Origin: Sphyrna mokarran
Lineage: Eukaryota
Direction of reading: 5' to 3'
Assembly: GCA_024679065.1 (NCBI GenBank)
Contig: JAGIQG010000011.1
Span: 55,552,001-55,616,000, forward strand
DNA: 64,000 bases
The notes under the pieces are model-generated. The model worked only from the letters and a program-made list of their open reading frames with translations. It was not told where the DNA came from and searched no databases. A program made the position numbers and the translations under genes. This document shows, piece by piece, positions 13,200 to 24,700 of this stretch (position 1 is its first letter; every line of letters starts with the position of its first letter).

Positions 13200-14027
13200 A
13201 TTAGGAGCAGGAATCTGCTCTTCAAGTCCTTAAGCCTGCTCTGTCTTTCAGGAAGATCATGGCTGAGCTGACTATGGCCTCAACTCCAGATTTCATCCAC
13301 TCTGAATAATCTTATTACTCTCTTGTTCTGTCAAAAATCCATTGAGTATCCCCTATTCATTGATCCTGTCTCCAAAATTCTCTGGAGAAAAGGGTTTCAA
13401 AGGTTCACGACCCTCTGAGAGAAAAGATTTCTTCTCATCTCTGACTTAAAAAGAGACCTTTTATTTTTAAACTCTGTTCCTTATTTCTCATCCCTCCCAC
13501 AAGAGGAACATCCCTTCTGAATTCACCCTATCAGTCTCCTCAAAAGCTTATATGTTTCAATAAGATCACCTCTCAATCTTAAAAGCACCAGTGGATACAG
13601 GCCCAAACCTGTCCAAACTTTCCTTGTAAGATAACCACCCTTCTCGGATATCAGTCAGGTGAATCTTTTCTGAAAAGGTTCAGAATGTATTGATACTATT
13701 TCTTGAAATAAGGAGACTAAAACTATACACAGTACACTAGATGCAAGCTTATCATTACAAATGTAGAAAAAGATTCTTACTTATACCTTCCATTACCCTT
13801 GCAATAAATACTAACAATCCATTTGCCTTCCTAATCATTTGCTACATACGAACTTTTCCTGACTCACATACAAGATACCCAGACCCCTCAGTACTTCAGA
13901 GTTCCTCAGTCTTTCTCTATTTGAATAATATGCTGCTTCTCTATTCTTAAAGTGGACGAGCTCACACATTTTACTACTTCTGCCAAACTTTTGTCCACTT
14001 GCTTAACCTATACATATCCCTTTGCAG
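13200..14027 (-). mobile_element. CR1 3' portion inserted in the Gypsy 5' LTR
   Basis: Reverse complement of the CR1 tail (taggagcaggaa...aagatcatggctga) and ORF2 end. Confidence 0.85.
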
Positions 14028-14479
14028 TTAGGAATTACACATTTAGACTCAATTAAGTGTGTTTCTTGCAGCCCTCCATATGGTTGATGGACTGACATGT
14101 TGTTGCTTGACGTGCCATTGCATTGTGACAGTAAATGTGGCACCCTGAATGTATAGTCAAATAACAGTTAGCTTCTAACTCTTTATGAATAATATCACAA
14201 TATAACAGGCACCCTAGCATGCTTTACATCCACTACAGTATTTTTGAAGGATAGTCACTGTTATACTGGTGGAAAAATGAAGCAGACCATCTTTAGAGAG
14301 CAAGGTCTCACAAACAACAATGCTGATGGTTGATGGATTAACTTTGACTAAAATATCTTTTCTCTGTTTAAAGTAGTTCCATGTGACTTTTATGTTCACC
14401 TGAAAGCAGTCTTCTCTGAAGTTAGAAAGATAGAATTTGCCTGTTGACTGTGCATTTCCAGCATTTAAAGGAAAACATT

Positions 14480-14616
14480 GGGTGGAATTTTCCCATTCTG
14501 CCTACTATGGGAATCATGGCAGGTGGGTTAGAAAATTTGGCAGATCATGTAAAGGTCTTTTGACCTCGGATGCGAATTTTCGATCTTGGTTCACGTGTGA
14601 CTGAAAAGTCTCACCC
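14480..14616. mobile_element. Short MITE (PIF/Harbinger-type termini)
   Basis: Imperfect TIRs GGGTGGAATTTTC ... GAAAAGTCTCACCC. Confidence 0.6.
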
Positions 14617-15197
14617 AGTATTTCAGATTCCCAGCATTCATTCTAATTCTTTATAAATTTCCTCAGACCAATGTAATGTCTTCCTAGTATTTAGTCTCCA
14701 TTAGTCACCTTCCGTTCTTGAATGTCTGAAGAAATATTTTAAAATATAACCCCTTTTTTGGTTTTCTCTTATATTTGTTGCTTCGTGGTGCCAGTTTCAG
14801 TTGGGCCACCTGAGCTTGCATAGAGTCATGATCAGGTTTCAGTTGGCTTACCTTTAGACTAATGACTTTGCTAAGTCAAGAATCAAGTGAGAGCAGATGG
14901 AGCAATAGTGAGAGCACCAAATGGCAGTGTGCGGCCTGCTGTATTTACATTCACCTATCTATGCTATACCAACAGCATTTAGCAACAAAGCCAACAGAAG
15001 GCTTGACCACATTTCTTGCCTAGGATGAGACAGTGGGCTTTGAGCATGCCCACTCAATACTTGGACTTTTTCTGTGGCCTGTGTCTATCAAATGAGGAAA
15101 GTTGAGTAGCAATTGTAGACTGTCTAACTCTCACAGCGGAGAATTTCAAAATCAGTTAGAAACAGAAATCAAAATGGCCTATGGAGTTTGAGTTATT

Positions 15198-16079
15198 GGG
15201 TGGAATTTTCCCATATTTTTTCAGAATGCCAGGCTCTCACTGAAAACTGGCTTGCAGCTCTCTAGCTGCACAGCTGAGATTTTAGTCCGGATTCTCAAAC
15301 ACTCGAAGAAAACGAGGTTAAAGGCATTATTCTGGTGAGGCAGGAACTGATATAACCAGCAAGGCCGCTGCAAAGAGATCAGGGTGCTATCTTTAAAGGG
15401 AAGCACAGACAATAATTGCCAGCCCCTCTCTATGGAAATGGGGGGACCTCCCTCACAAGTATCAGAGATGCTCCAACACCACAATGGGGCACACTTCCCA
15501 AATGCTAACATTAGGGCATTCCCCACTCCTCTAGCACTGCAGTCTCAGTGACAAGCTCCCCATCAGAGGCACCAACTCTCCCCCAAACACAAGGGGAACT
15601 CTCAGTTGGCACTGCCCCCACATGTTGGCATTGCCAGTTTGGCACTATCAAGCGGCAGCGCAATCTGTGCTGGGTTAGTGCCAGGGCACTGCTTCGGCAC
15701 ATCCCTCTCCCCCGGAAGTTATACTTAACTTTGTACTCCAAGGGAGCGTGGATAGGGTGATGGGAGAGGTGGGAATTCCCTTGACTGATTCAGGTATTTA
15801 AATAACTGTTGTAAACCTCTCCAACATCATAGTATGGATACTCAGTGCAGGGGAATCATGTGGTGGGGGTGGCTGGCTAATAACATGTCGATGTATTACA
15901 GAGTATTACAAAGAATTTCTCACCCTTTGTAGGTGGGAGCCTTGTTACATCATCAGCATGGGGCACAGAAAATTTGGAAATGCAATCTCATTAGTGAGAA
16001 GTGCAACTTCCGATTCCTATACTATTTTGCATTCACATCGCTATACTCACTGATGACTAACACAGCACAAAATCACCCC
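15198..16079. mobile_element. Non-autonomous Harbinger-type TIR element, about 880 bp
   Basis: GGGTGGAATTTTCCC start, AAAATCACCCC end and a GC-rich interior with ggca/tgcc motifs, as in sister elements. Confidence 0.6.
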
Positions 16080-16788
16080 TGTTGTGTGGCTGCCTTAATT
16101 TAGATTACCTGCATGCCTGGAAATTAAAATTTTGGACCCATGAATGGACGAGATACACATCTCCCAGCAATGAGAAACAATTCACACAATCTTTTTGCAC
16201 AGAGTTACAAACTACTTTGAATTAAACTGAGCTGGACTTCTTGAACTGGATATAAAAAGCCACATAATTGCCAGTATTTTACCACTTCACCCACCCTAAG
16301 CTCATAAGTTCTCGCATAAGGCCAACGGAGAATCGGAGAGCCGGAATTGAGGCAGGTGTGCCGGTAAAATTCCAGCAAATTTCTAAAAGATGAGAAAATA
16401 AATGCAAAACAAAGTGGTGACTGTTTTAAATAGGTGAAGAACAGTTATGTTTTAATCTTTATCAACTTTGAGACACATCGGAACTTGTAGTAATGAATAA
16501 AATAAAATCATTCACTTCATTCGTTTCCTATGCTTGTTGTACAATGTGTGGAATTTTATGAAATCTATTATTTTCTCAGAATTGAATGCAGCATTGCAGT
16601 ATTATTAGCTAATAAGTGCAATAATTACCTGATATTTTTTGGCGAGGGCATCACTGTGATTACAGCCAGTGTTTATTGGGAATCACACATGAGCAAGTTT
16701 CAAAATTATTAAGAATAATTGTTATTAATGAAACTAGTCTTTAGGAAAGTTCATCAAACATGTTTTGTCCTATGACCAAATTTCTTAC

Positions 16789-17003
16789 CTGTGTTACTTT
16801 TTCTGTCACGTTGTGTGTCCTTTCCTTCACTTTCGGTGCAATGATGGTCTTCTCTGATGAAGGTGGGGATGAGCTCTTCTTTTCAGCTTTTATATCAGAA
16901 AAGTTCAGGGTGATTTGAGGAATCTTGCTAATTGTGTTATATTTGTTGAGATTAGAATCAGATGTGGAGCCCAGTAGGCTTGACTTGATGTGATTAAAGG
17001 GTC
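16789..17003 (-). CDS. KCNH7: KCNH7 coding exon ending just before the S1-containing exon (human exon 6 equivalent)
   Basis: Translation [72 protein letters not shown] is the ERG-family signature. Acceptor ttttctccAG at 17004-17005 and donor CAG|GTaaga at 16787-16788. Length 215 nt, phase 1 to phase 0. Confidence 0.96.
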
Positions 17004-18364
17004 CTGGAGAAAATTCATAATAAAATAGGTAAGATGCGCACTCAGTAATGTTGCACAAATTCACATTTCATATTGTGTTCTCTGATCTGCAAAAGTAGAT
17101 CGAGCTTTTTGATTATCATGATAGGAATGACTATTTAATAATATTTATAAATCTGTAATTAATAATTTCCATTATTATAATTGAATAAATTTTTAAAATA
17201 CATAAATTATATACATCTGCTCACAATATGGATATTCCTAATGTACAAAGTGCAACTTCAGTGCGTTAACTTGATTGCTACATTGCATGCAAGCACAACA
17301 CCTTTTGATAGTACAAATGCCTAACTCAGATATCATCTGACAATTCAGCAAAAAAAAATCAATGAACAGATAATCACTTATTCAATTAGCAATCAGCTAA
17401 CGGTCATTCATCGATGAACTACCAGTGCACATGTATTTCAGCTAGATGCAGATAATACAGTAAATTACATTTGCTTTTTTTACAGATTGAATATACATCT
17501 ATACTTCTCATGACTAAGTTAATGCAAATAGCTCAGGGCTTCCAAAAACAGTACAGCCTTTTGTGCAACAAGTATCTGAAAATCATCAGCACAAGTTAAT
17601 GGAATTTCAAAAACACATGCCTTGGAAAATTAATTTCCTGTCATTAACTATGATCCATGAATGAAGTCATGTTAAAGATCAAGTGACATTCTTGTCACTA
17701 AAATGCATTTTACATCATTATTTCTATTTGAACTTCCCCTGTTTCATTTAATATTGTGGAACCTAACTATATTTTGTACAGAATTATAACCAGATGACAT
17801 TTTCCCATTTGTGCTAACCGAAGTGACAGTGTCATTTGATTGTATACTTCCTTTTCACATTTTTAGGTGCTCTTATTTTATTTCAAATCTGCTTTTGGTT
17901 GCACTGACAAGGAGGCTGGAAGGAATCTCTACAAATTGATTCCAAAACTTGGAATCTATCTCTGATTTGACTGTGATGGAGAACTCACAAGAGAGAACTT
18001 CTGTGCAGCATGTCAGAGCGCTGTGCATTTACTGGCTCTATGACACTGGAATGTTCAGTTAAGAACATACAAAGCTACCTGACAATTAGACTCATCAGTT
18101 TCATAACAGTTACTCAATAAAGAACAAGAATGTTTTACAATATTTTTGTTATTTTGGTGCAAGATAAAATGACTACCAAAGTAAATACTGCCATGACAAA
18201 AATCTTAAGGTAGACAACTTCATTATCATCTTGTAAGGTCTTTGAACTTTCAATAAAAATCAATATTACTTTTTAAAAATATCCTTACACTTCCAATTGC
18301 TAAACTAAATTATTTAAAAATAATCTTATGGCAACAGTTACGACGCTCCAGCTACGTTCAAAAA

Positions 18365-18426
18365 ATAAAGTTAATTTAATGTAAGGCTTACATTAACACT
18401 GCAATGAAGTTAGTGTGAAAATCCCC
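18365..18426 (-). mobile_element. Isolated SINE/LINE tail (same tail as 11265-11567)
   Basis: aaggcttacattaacactgcaatgaagttagtgtgaaaatcccc. Confidence 0.75.
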
Positions 18427-19171
18427 ATTCTGAGGCAATACCCAAAATTTACTAACATTGTTACAGCCAGTCACATTGATTTAGTTTTGTGGTGATTGAC
18501 TGTTAGGCTAAACATCCAATGTCTTTTTAACGACCATGCCATTGAACACATAATGGAACAACATATCCCAATCAACATACTAGTAAAACAAACATCACTT
18601 CCAACCTATATTTAAATGGAAAACCACAGTAAATCATGAAATAACATATGTACTTTCAGGAAAATAAACTATCATTTGTTTAAATTGTTTTTCTTTGTTG
18701 CAGTTCTGATAAAAGTTTCAATCCTGTTGCTTGACCTTTGAGGAAAGTAAGCTCTGATGATATCAGGTGTCATACTATGTTAAGGAAGATTGTAATAAAA
18801 GTGCTGGCAGATAGCAAACGTTATATGGCATCTGACAATGAGAAGCATGGCCTAACGTTGCAGATAAAATAAATGAAAAATTCACAGTTTTTTTTTTCAT
18901 TCTGGGTTCTTGCTGATGCCAAGTCCGTGCTGTGCAATATCTTTCCATTTTCATCCTGATCAAAAAAATAATTTAAATGCATCAAAACGTTGGAAACCTC
19001 TTAAAATGGATGACCGTGACAGTTCTAGAATGAGTGTTAGTTCCAACAATAGTCCTAGCTAATAAAACACAATTGACATAACCCACACAAAGGATCTGAG
19101 ATCATTCTGCTTGTCAATTTGGTAAATGATAATTCCATAAATGTTACAAACATAATTGATAAAAGTGGGAT

Positions 19172-19946
19172 AGTATGATGACATTGTAGTTCGTACTGCT
19201 GCCTCACAGCACCAGGGACTTGGGTTCGATTCCCAGCTTGAGTCACTGTCTGTGTGGAGTTTGCACATCAGAAGTTTTACAATGTCAGGTTAAAGTCCAA
19301 CAGGTTTATTTGGTAGCAAAAGCAACTAGTTTTTGGAGCCCTGCTCCTTTGTCAGAGCATATAAAGACACAATTTACAGATAATAATTGGAACGCGAGTC
19401 TTTACAGCTAATCTTAAAGGCACTTACAATGTTAGTGGAGAGAGTGTTAAGCACAGATTAAAGAGAAGTGTATTGTCTCCAGACAGAATGGTTAGTGAGA
19501 TTTTGCAAGTCCAGGCAAATTGTGGGGATTACAGATAGTGAGGCATGAACCCAAGATCCCGGTTAAGGCCATCCTCATGTGTGCGGAACTTGGCCATCAG
19601 TCTCTGCTCAGTGACTCTACGCTGTCATATGTTATGAAGGCCGCCTTGGAGAATACTTACCCAAAGATCAGAGCCAAATGTCCGTAGCAGTGTCCGTGAC
19701 TGTGTGGAGTTTGCACATTGTCTCCATGTCTGCATGGGCTTTTTCCGGGTGCTCAGGTTTCCTCCCACAGATGGAAGATGCGCGGGTTATGTATATTGGA
19801 CATGCTAAATTGCCCTTCAGTGTTCTGGGATGTATAGGTTAGAGGGATATACGGGATAAATATGAGAAATTACAGGGCTCATTAGGATTGGTGTCAATGC
19901 AGGGTCAATGGACTGAATGGCTCTTTCTGCACTCTGCATCTATGAT
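19172..19946 (+). mobile_element. HE1-type V-SINE split by a Penelope insertion
   Basis: Head at 19172-19268, with body and tail resuming at 19700. Confidence 0.9.
19269..19699 (-). mobile_element. Penelope-like retroelement 3' fragment with a 19-bp target-site duplication
   Basis: The minus strand encodes the GIY-YIG C-terminus VTEQRLMAKFRTHEDGLNRDLGFMPHYL*, followed by pseudo-LTR sequence. Flanking direct repeat CTGTGTGGAGTTTGCACAT at 19250-19268 and 19700-19718. Confidence 0.88.
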
Positions 19947-20569
19947 TTTTACAAAGTTTATGAAGTACAGTAAATACACCAAAGCGGCAAATGGTTATAT
20001 ATTCGCAGTTTGTTCTTAATTTTAGATTCACCAAATCCAACAGTAAATTCGTAAGGCTAGGTTTGCTTGATTGATAGCAGCCAATGTTTGAGTGAGCATT
20101 CCATTCAGAGAATTGGGAGAAAATCGAACACATCAGAAGCAGCTGCTGTTTGGGAGCAGATACACGTAACTGACCTGAAAATTATTTCCACATTATGTAC
20201 AAGATTTCATTTTTATTTTCTGGCATATGACTTTTTAACCTAAGTCCCGCTTGAAGTACCTAATCACACAGTCAAAGTTGACATTGCGTTGCAGTACTTT
20301 GGGAGCATTTCATTGGCTTTTTGAGTTAAATTATTGCCTGATCTGTTTAAAAGGTCCAATTGAAGAAAAGCTTGTTTTTTGTTTTGGGCAACATTTAATA
20401 CCCACCCCATCCACCCCTCCCCCCCACTCCAGAGAACATCTCCAAATACATTAGAAATATATGAAAAGAAGGAGGACATTAAACCTCTTGAGGTTCCATA
20501 ATTCACTTAGATCATGGCTGATTTGCACCTCAGTTTCTTAACTCTCTTGTTCCACATCCTGTGAAACTT

Positions 20570-20795
20570 CTCTCTTTAGGTACCATGCCCGAAAAGGGCA
20601 TTGGCAATCATGGACTTCCATAAGTTGACCCATGGTTATATTTGACAAGGTACAGCAGTGGTTTGCCATTGCCTTCTGCGGGTCTTGGCTGACAATATAT
20701 TTGGCCATGTTATAATTGTACCTCACGTGGCCATCAAGTCCCAGAATGTGACTCAATCTCAGGTTTCTGGCTCAGAGGCAGGGGGGGCCACAAAA
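20570..20795 (-). mobile_element. tRNA-head SINE with an RTE-like segment
   Basis: The minus strand has the head ctgcctctgagccagaaacctgagattgagtc and GAAGGCAATGGCAAACCACT, a motif recalled from RTE-clade 3' ends. Confidence 0.5.
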
Positions 20796-21624
20796 CCCCT
20801 TCCTTGATGCCTTTGGTCGAAGGAAAAATCTCTCACTTATATTTAACCCAGCATTCCCAGTTACTTTGGCTGAGTTCCTAATTCGGAATACCATGTGTGA
20901 ACAAAGGATGACACCATCCTATTCTGGATTTTCCCACTAGAGAAAAGAGATTCCTTTTATCTATCCTATTGAACTTCTTGATCATTTTAAATGTTGTGAT
21001 TAGATCAACTTTCAGTCCTCTAAACTGAAGGGAATAAAAACCAACTTAATGAATCCTCATTTTCAGAACCCTTATGTCATTCTGCTGAATCAGCACTGTG
21101 CCTCTTCCAAGGTCAATGTATATTTTTTATGATGTTCGGGACTCAAAATTGAACCTAGTATTCCAAATGAGGACTCACCAAAGCACTGTGCAGCCGAAGC
21201 ATCCCCTTCTCACTTTTGAATTCCAATCCTCTTGTGATAATGCCTAATATTCCATTCATACTTTGATTACTTTTTATATTTGTATATTAATTTTTAGTGA
21301 CTTGTCTACCTGAAGAACTCAACAATTTGCTCCTCCATAGTTCTTATTTTCTCATCATTCAGAAAACATTCCATTTTTGGGTTTCTCAGATTCAAAGTGA
21401 ATGATCTCACACTTTCCCAGATTGAAATCAATTTGCCACAGATATGCCCACTCATTTAGTCATCCCCTTGTAATGTTCTCTGTCCATTCATACAAGTAAC
21501 TTAGTTCATCTGTAAATTTGGACATTCATCTCTCTATTCCTTTGTTCAAATCGTTAATACATGCGGTAAAAATTTGAAGTTCTTATACAGGTCTTTGGCA
21601 TACACCACTTGTCACATCCCAAAC

Positions 21625-21782
21625 AGTAAAATATCGCTCGGGCAAAATCATAAAATCCCGCCCAAGGCCAAAGGAGATTTCCATTCTGTGAGCTACGCCC
21701 ACCCTGGAATTGCGAACGGGCAGGTGAGGCATAAAATGGGATTTTATGAGCCTCGCTCGTGTATGGTTGTAAAATACCGGCC
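21625..21782. mobile_element. CpG-rich MITE remnant
   Basis: Internal inverted CATAAAATCCC/GGGATTTTATG and terminus GTAAAATACCGGCC, interrupting the CR1. Confidence 0.55.
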
Positions 21783-22639
21783 TTGATGACTGACTCACTT
21801 AGTTTAATATTTTGAGGCGGTCACTAGCATGGTAGTTAGGGGAATTTCAATGAATTTGTCAACATGAGCTTCCAAAAGACATCTGCTAAGGTTTCCGTAC
21901 AAGAGATTAGAAGGGTGAAGGCACGATCCACTGCTACTCTGCTGCGAACAATGAGGGGGAAGGAGGGGTCCACTGTCACTCTGCCAGTGAGCAGTGAGGG
22001 GGAAGGGGGTTCTGCTGCCCACTCCGCCTTAGATCAGCGGGGAGAAAAGGTGGGTCCCCTGCAACTTTGCCTGAGAGCAGTGAAGGGGAAGGACAGGGGG
22101 ACAAAGGAGACGTTTTTAAGGGAAGTGAGTGTGAAATATTAGATGGTGTAAATGTAGTGAGGGAGGAAATGTTAAGGTATTCTTGAAAATGGAATGAATG
22201 GTATTCGCAGGCTGCTAAAGAAAGCAATGAAAGAAATAACAGCAGCTCTGACCATCATTTTCCAATCCTCTCTTGTTATAGACTCATGTTGGATGTTTGG
22301 AGAATGGCTTTAGCCATACAGGCTGATGATACACTTTCCCTTCACCCACACCTAACCTCTGAAACCCAGGCCCCAACTCTCTCTGGCCTCTCTGGAGGAA
22401 GCTATACACCGGACTTAACTCAGATCTGGGCTCCTCTTTGTCAGTTTGGGCTGTCATTCCCACTGTGGTCACCATTCTTGCCTGGTGCTGCTGCGACTAC
22501 AGAGTTGCTGGCCAATCAGCAACATTTGGGCTGAGATTGGAGCGGAGATCTCACCTTAACATTGCTGCCAGTGTTAAATTGCTGGAGTGCAGTCATCAAT
22601 CATATCGTGGTGGGCAGGCTTGCCACTGGCCTATTATGT

Positions 22640-22880
22640 GGAGAAGCGGCCTTCACGACACACAACAACACAGAATCACTGAGTAGAAACTGTTAGCAAG
22701 TTCCGCACACATGAGGATGGCCTCAACCAGGATCTTGAGCTCATGTCAGACTACCTGTAATCTCCACGACTTGCCTGGGCTTGGAAAATCTCACTAACTG
22801 TCCTAGCTGGAGGGAATACACAAGTCTTTAACCAGTGCTTAACTCTCTCTCCACTCACATGGTCTGTACCTTTAAGACTT
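22640..22880 (+). mobile_element. Penelope-like fragment
   Basis: Encodes KFRTHEDGLNQDLELMSDYL* and is homologous to 19269-19699. Confidence 0.85.
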
Positions 22881-23142
22881 GAGGACTGAGTTGAGGAGGA
22901 ACTTCTTCACCCAAATGATTGTGAATCTGTGGAATTCCCTGCCCAATGAAGCAGTTGAGGCTACCTCATTGAATATTTTTGAGGGATATTCAGATTTTTG
23001 AACAGTAAAAGAATTGAGTTATGATGAGCGGGCGGGTAATTGGAGCTAAGCCCACAAAAAAATCAGCCATGATCTTATTGAATGATGGAGCAGGCTTGAA
23101 GTGCCAGATGGCCTACTCCTGCTCCTAGTTCTTATGTTCTTA
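22881..23142 (+). mobile_element. CR1 3' end, relatively young
   Basis: Encodes RTELRRNFFTQMIVNLWNSLP, with the tail ggcctactcctgctcctagttcttatgttctta. Confidence 0.9.
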
Positions 23143-24344
23143 GATCTTTTCTGTCTAATTTTTATAAGAGGAGATGAATTTCAGGTGTTGATTATGTTGT
23201 TTCTAAGTTGCCTGTCATTTGGGAGGGTGGGAAATCCTGTAGGCTTGCCATTTCTTACAAGAGAACATGGAGGATGAATAACTTATTTTCAAGGTAACAA
23301 GCAGAATGATCGGACAGCATGATTTTTAGATCCTTATGTCATCTGAGGATCATATTTTCTTTTGGATTGAGAAGTAATGTTCCATTAAGCAGCAGCAATT
23401 GATTGGTATACTGGTATGCCTGTGTAGATCAATGCTTGCAGCACATCAGATTGCAATGCAGTATGAAATTTAAGAAGGGAATTTAATGATGTTAGTTGTG
23501 GAGGGAGGGGGGTGTTGTTGTAAGAGGCAGGGAAAGAATTAGATTGGAGTTTTGCCAGTATGAATAACCTGAAGAAGGCAGGATGCCAATTAGGCTCATT
23601 AGCAAACCACTTGAACCCAACTGAGCCAAGTGGGATTTATACTGGTTCAGGGATTTATTGGGACTCACAGAGGTCATCCACACCTCCTCAAAGCCACCCA
23701 GCAAATACTGTGGCGTTTATCTGCAGCCTCTTAGAGGAGTTCCCATGTTCACATTGCAGGCATCAGGAAGGAGATGTTGCTGAAAGCCAATGCCTCCTGA
23801 CTCTACTCACTGGCGACTCCCTACCCCTGACCCCTATCCTGCCTCTCTTACTTCTTTCCAGTAATTCAATGACAATTCCTGGTGAAGGCATCAATGTATT
23901 CCCAACCAGTCAGAGCTTCCAGTAGCATTGTCGGAATAGAGAGCTTGTGGACTCTGATTGGCTGACAGTTCTCAGGGGTGGATATCTACCCAACTAAGGC
24001 CTTGTTTGGGTGGGAAGCCCAGTGCTGCCCCAGTAACTGCTTGATTGCTCTTAAATAGAGTTGGGCCTACCATGAAAAGGCAACATGATATTCTGAACTG
24101 ATGTGTGTAACTGTGATCACCTCAACTAAATTCTGCCCAATGCATTTGACCAGGATTGCTTGGCTGAGATTCCTGCTCACAAATCTTTACTGTCCTTAAT
24201 ACCAGATTTTAGGCCCCACATTAAAAATCCTTCCCTCCCTCATGCTGATTAACAGGGGAATTCATTACATCTGCTTGCACACATACATTCAACCTGCCTG
24301 CACCAAGACATTTCCACTTATTCAAACCTGCCACTTCTTCCAAG

Positions 24345-24419
24345 TTAGAAGTCTCACAACATCAGGTTAAAGTCCAACAGGTTCATTTGGTAGCAAAAGC
24401 CACTGTGGCATCTCCACAT
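24345..24419 (-). mobile_element. 75-bp Penelope terminal fragment with a 13-bp target-site duplication
   Basis: Matches the pseudo-LTR at 19269-19325 and is flanked by CACTTCTTCCAAG at 24332-24344 and 24420-24432. Confidence 0.8.
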
Positions 24420-24661
24420 CACTTCTTCCAAGGATATTCCGTCAAGCCATGTCACATCGAGCAAACATTAACCCAGTTCCACTTTTCTTGCAGAAGAAAC
24501 CTGCACTTAATCAGGAGAGCTCAAGGATAGGAAGAAGTCCAGTCACCCAAGACATTTTGACTTTAGCAGTGGATGCTAACATCAAAATCATTATCAGAGG
24601 GAGCACAAGCGGCATTGGAGGTAGTAACATTATTCTTTAGCTCACAGACTCATGACAAGTT

Positions 24662-24700
24662 GAACTTTAACCTGATGTTGTGAGACTTCTTACTGTGCAC
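24662..24700 (+). mobile_element. 39-bp Penelope terminal fragment with a 14-bp target-site duplication
   Basis: gaactttaacctgatgttgtgagacttcttactgtgcac flanked by ACTCATGACAAGTT at 24648-24661 and 24701-24714. Confidence 0.8.

Larger units (their letters stand above)
8972..14207 (-). mobile_element. Decayed, internally deleted Gypsy/Ty3 LTR retrotransposon with both LTRs
   Basis: Minus-strand remnants in Gypsy order: gag (LQSLRQAPREPVHSFSSKLKNTARQCKF, about 12700-12860), RT thumb (LLGLIWYMSCFIPHV, about 12010-12060), RNase H (TETSYAN...LLSVAYGC and DYDFTLTYQSDREMVLAD, about 11580-11800) and integrase zinc finger (EGHMGMEKCKLRAR...CQKHRNAQQ, about 10860-11000). Diverged LTRs lie at about 8972-9199 and 13162-14207, the latter split by a CR1. 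A PBS-like TAGTGGCAG at 13153-13161 follows the LTR end ...GTGACA. Confidence 0.85.
20445..21830 (-). mobile_element. Decayed CR1 LINE with nested SINE and MITE
   Basis: Reverse-complement tail (agatcatggctgatttg) and RT region (tcatctgtaaatttgg reads KFTDE, ttcaaatcgttaat reads INDLN). Confidence 0.8.
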
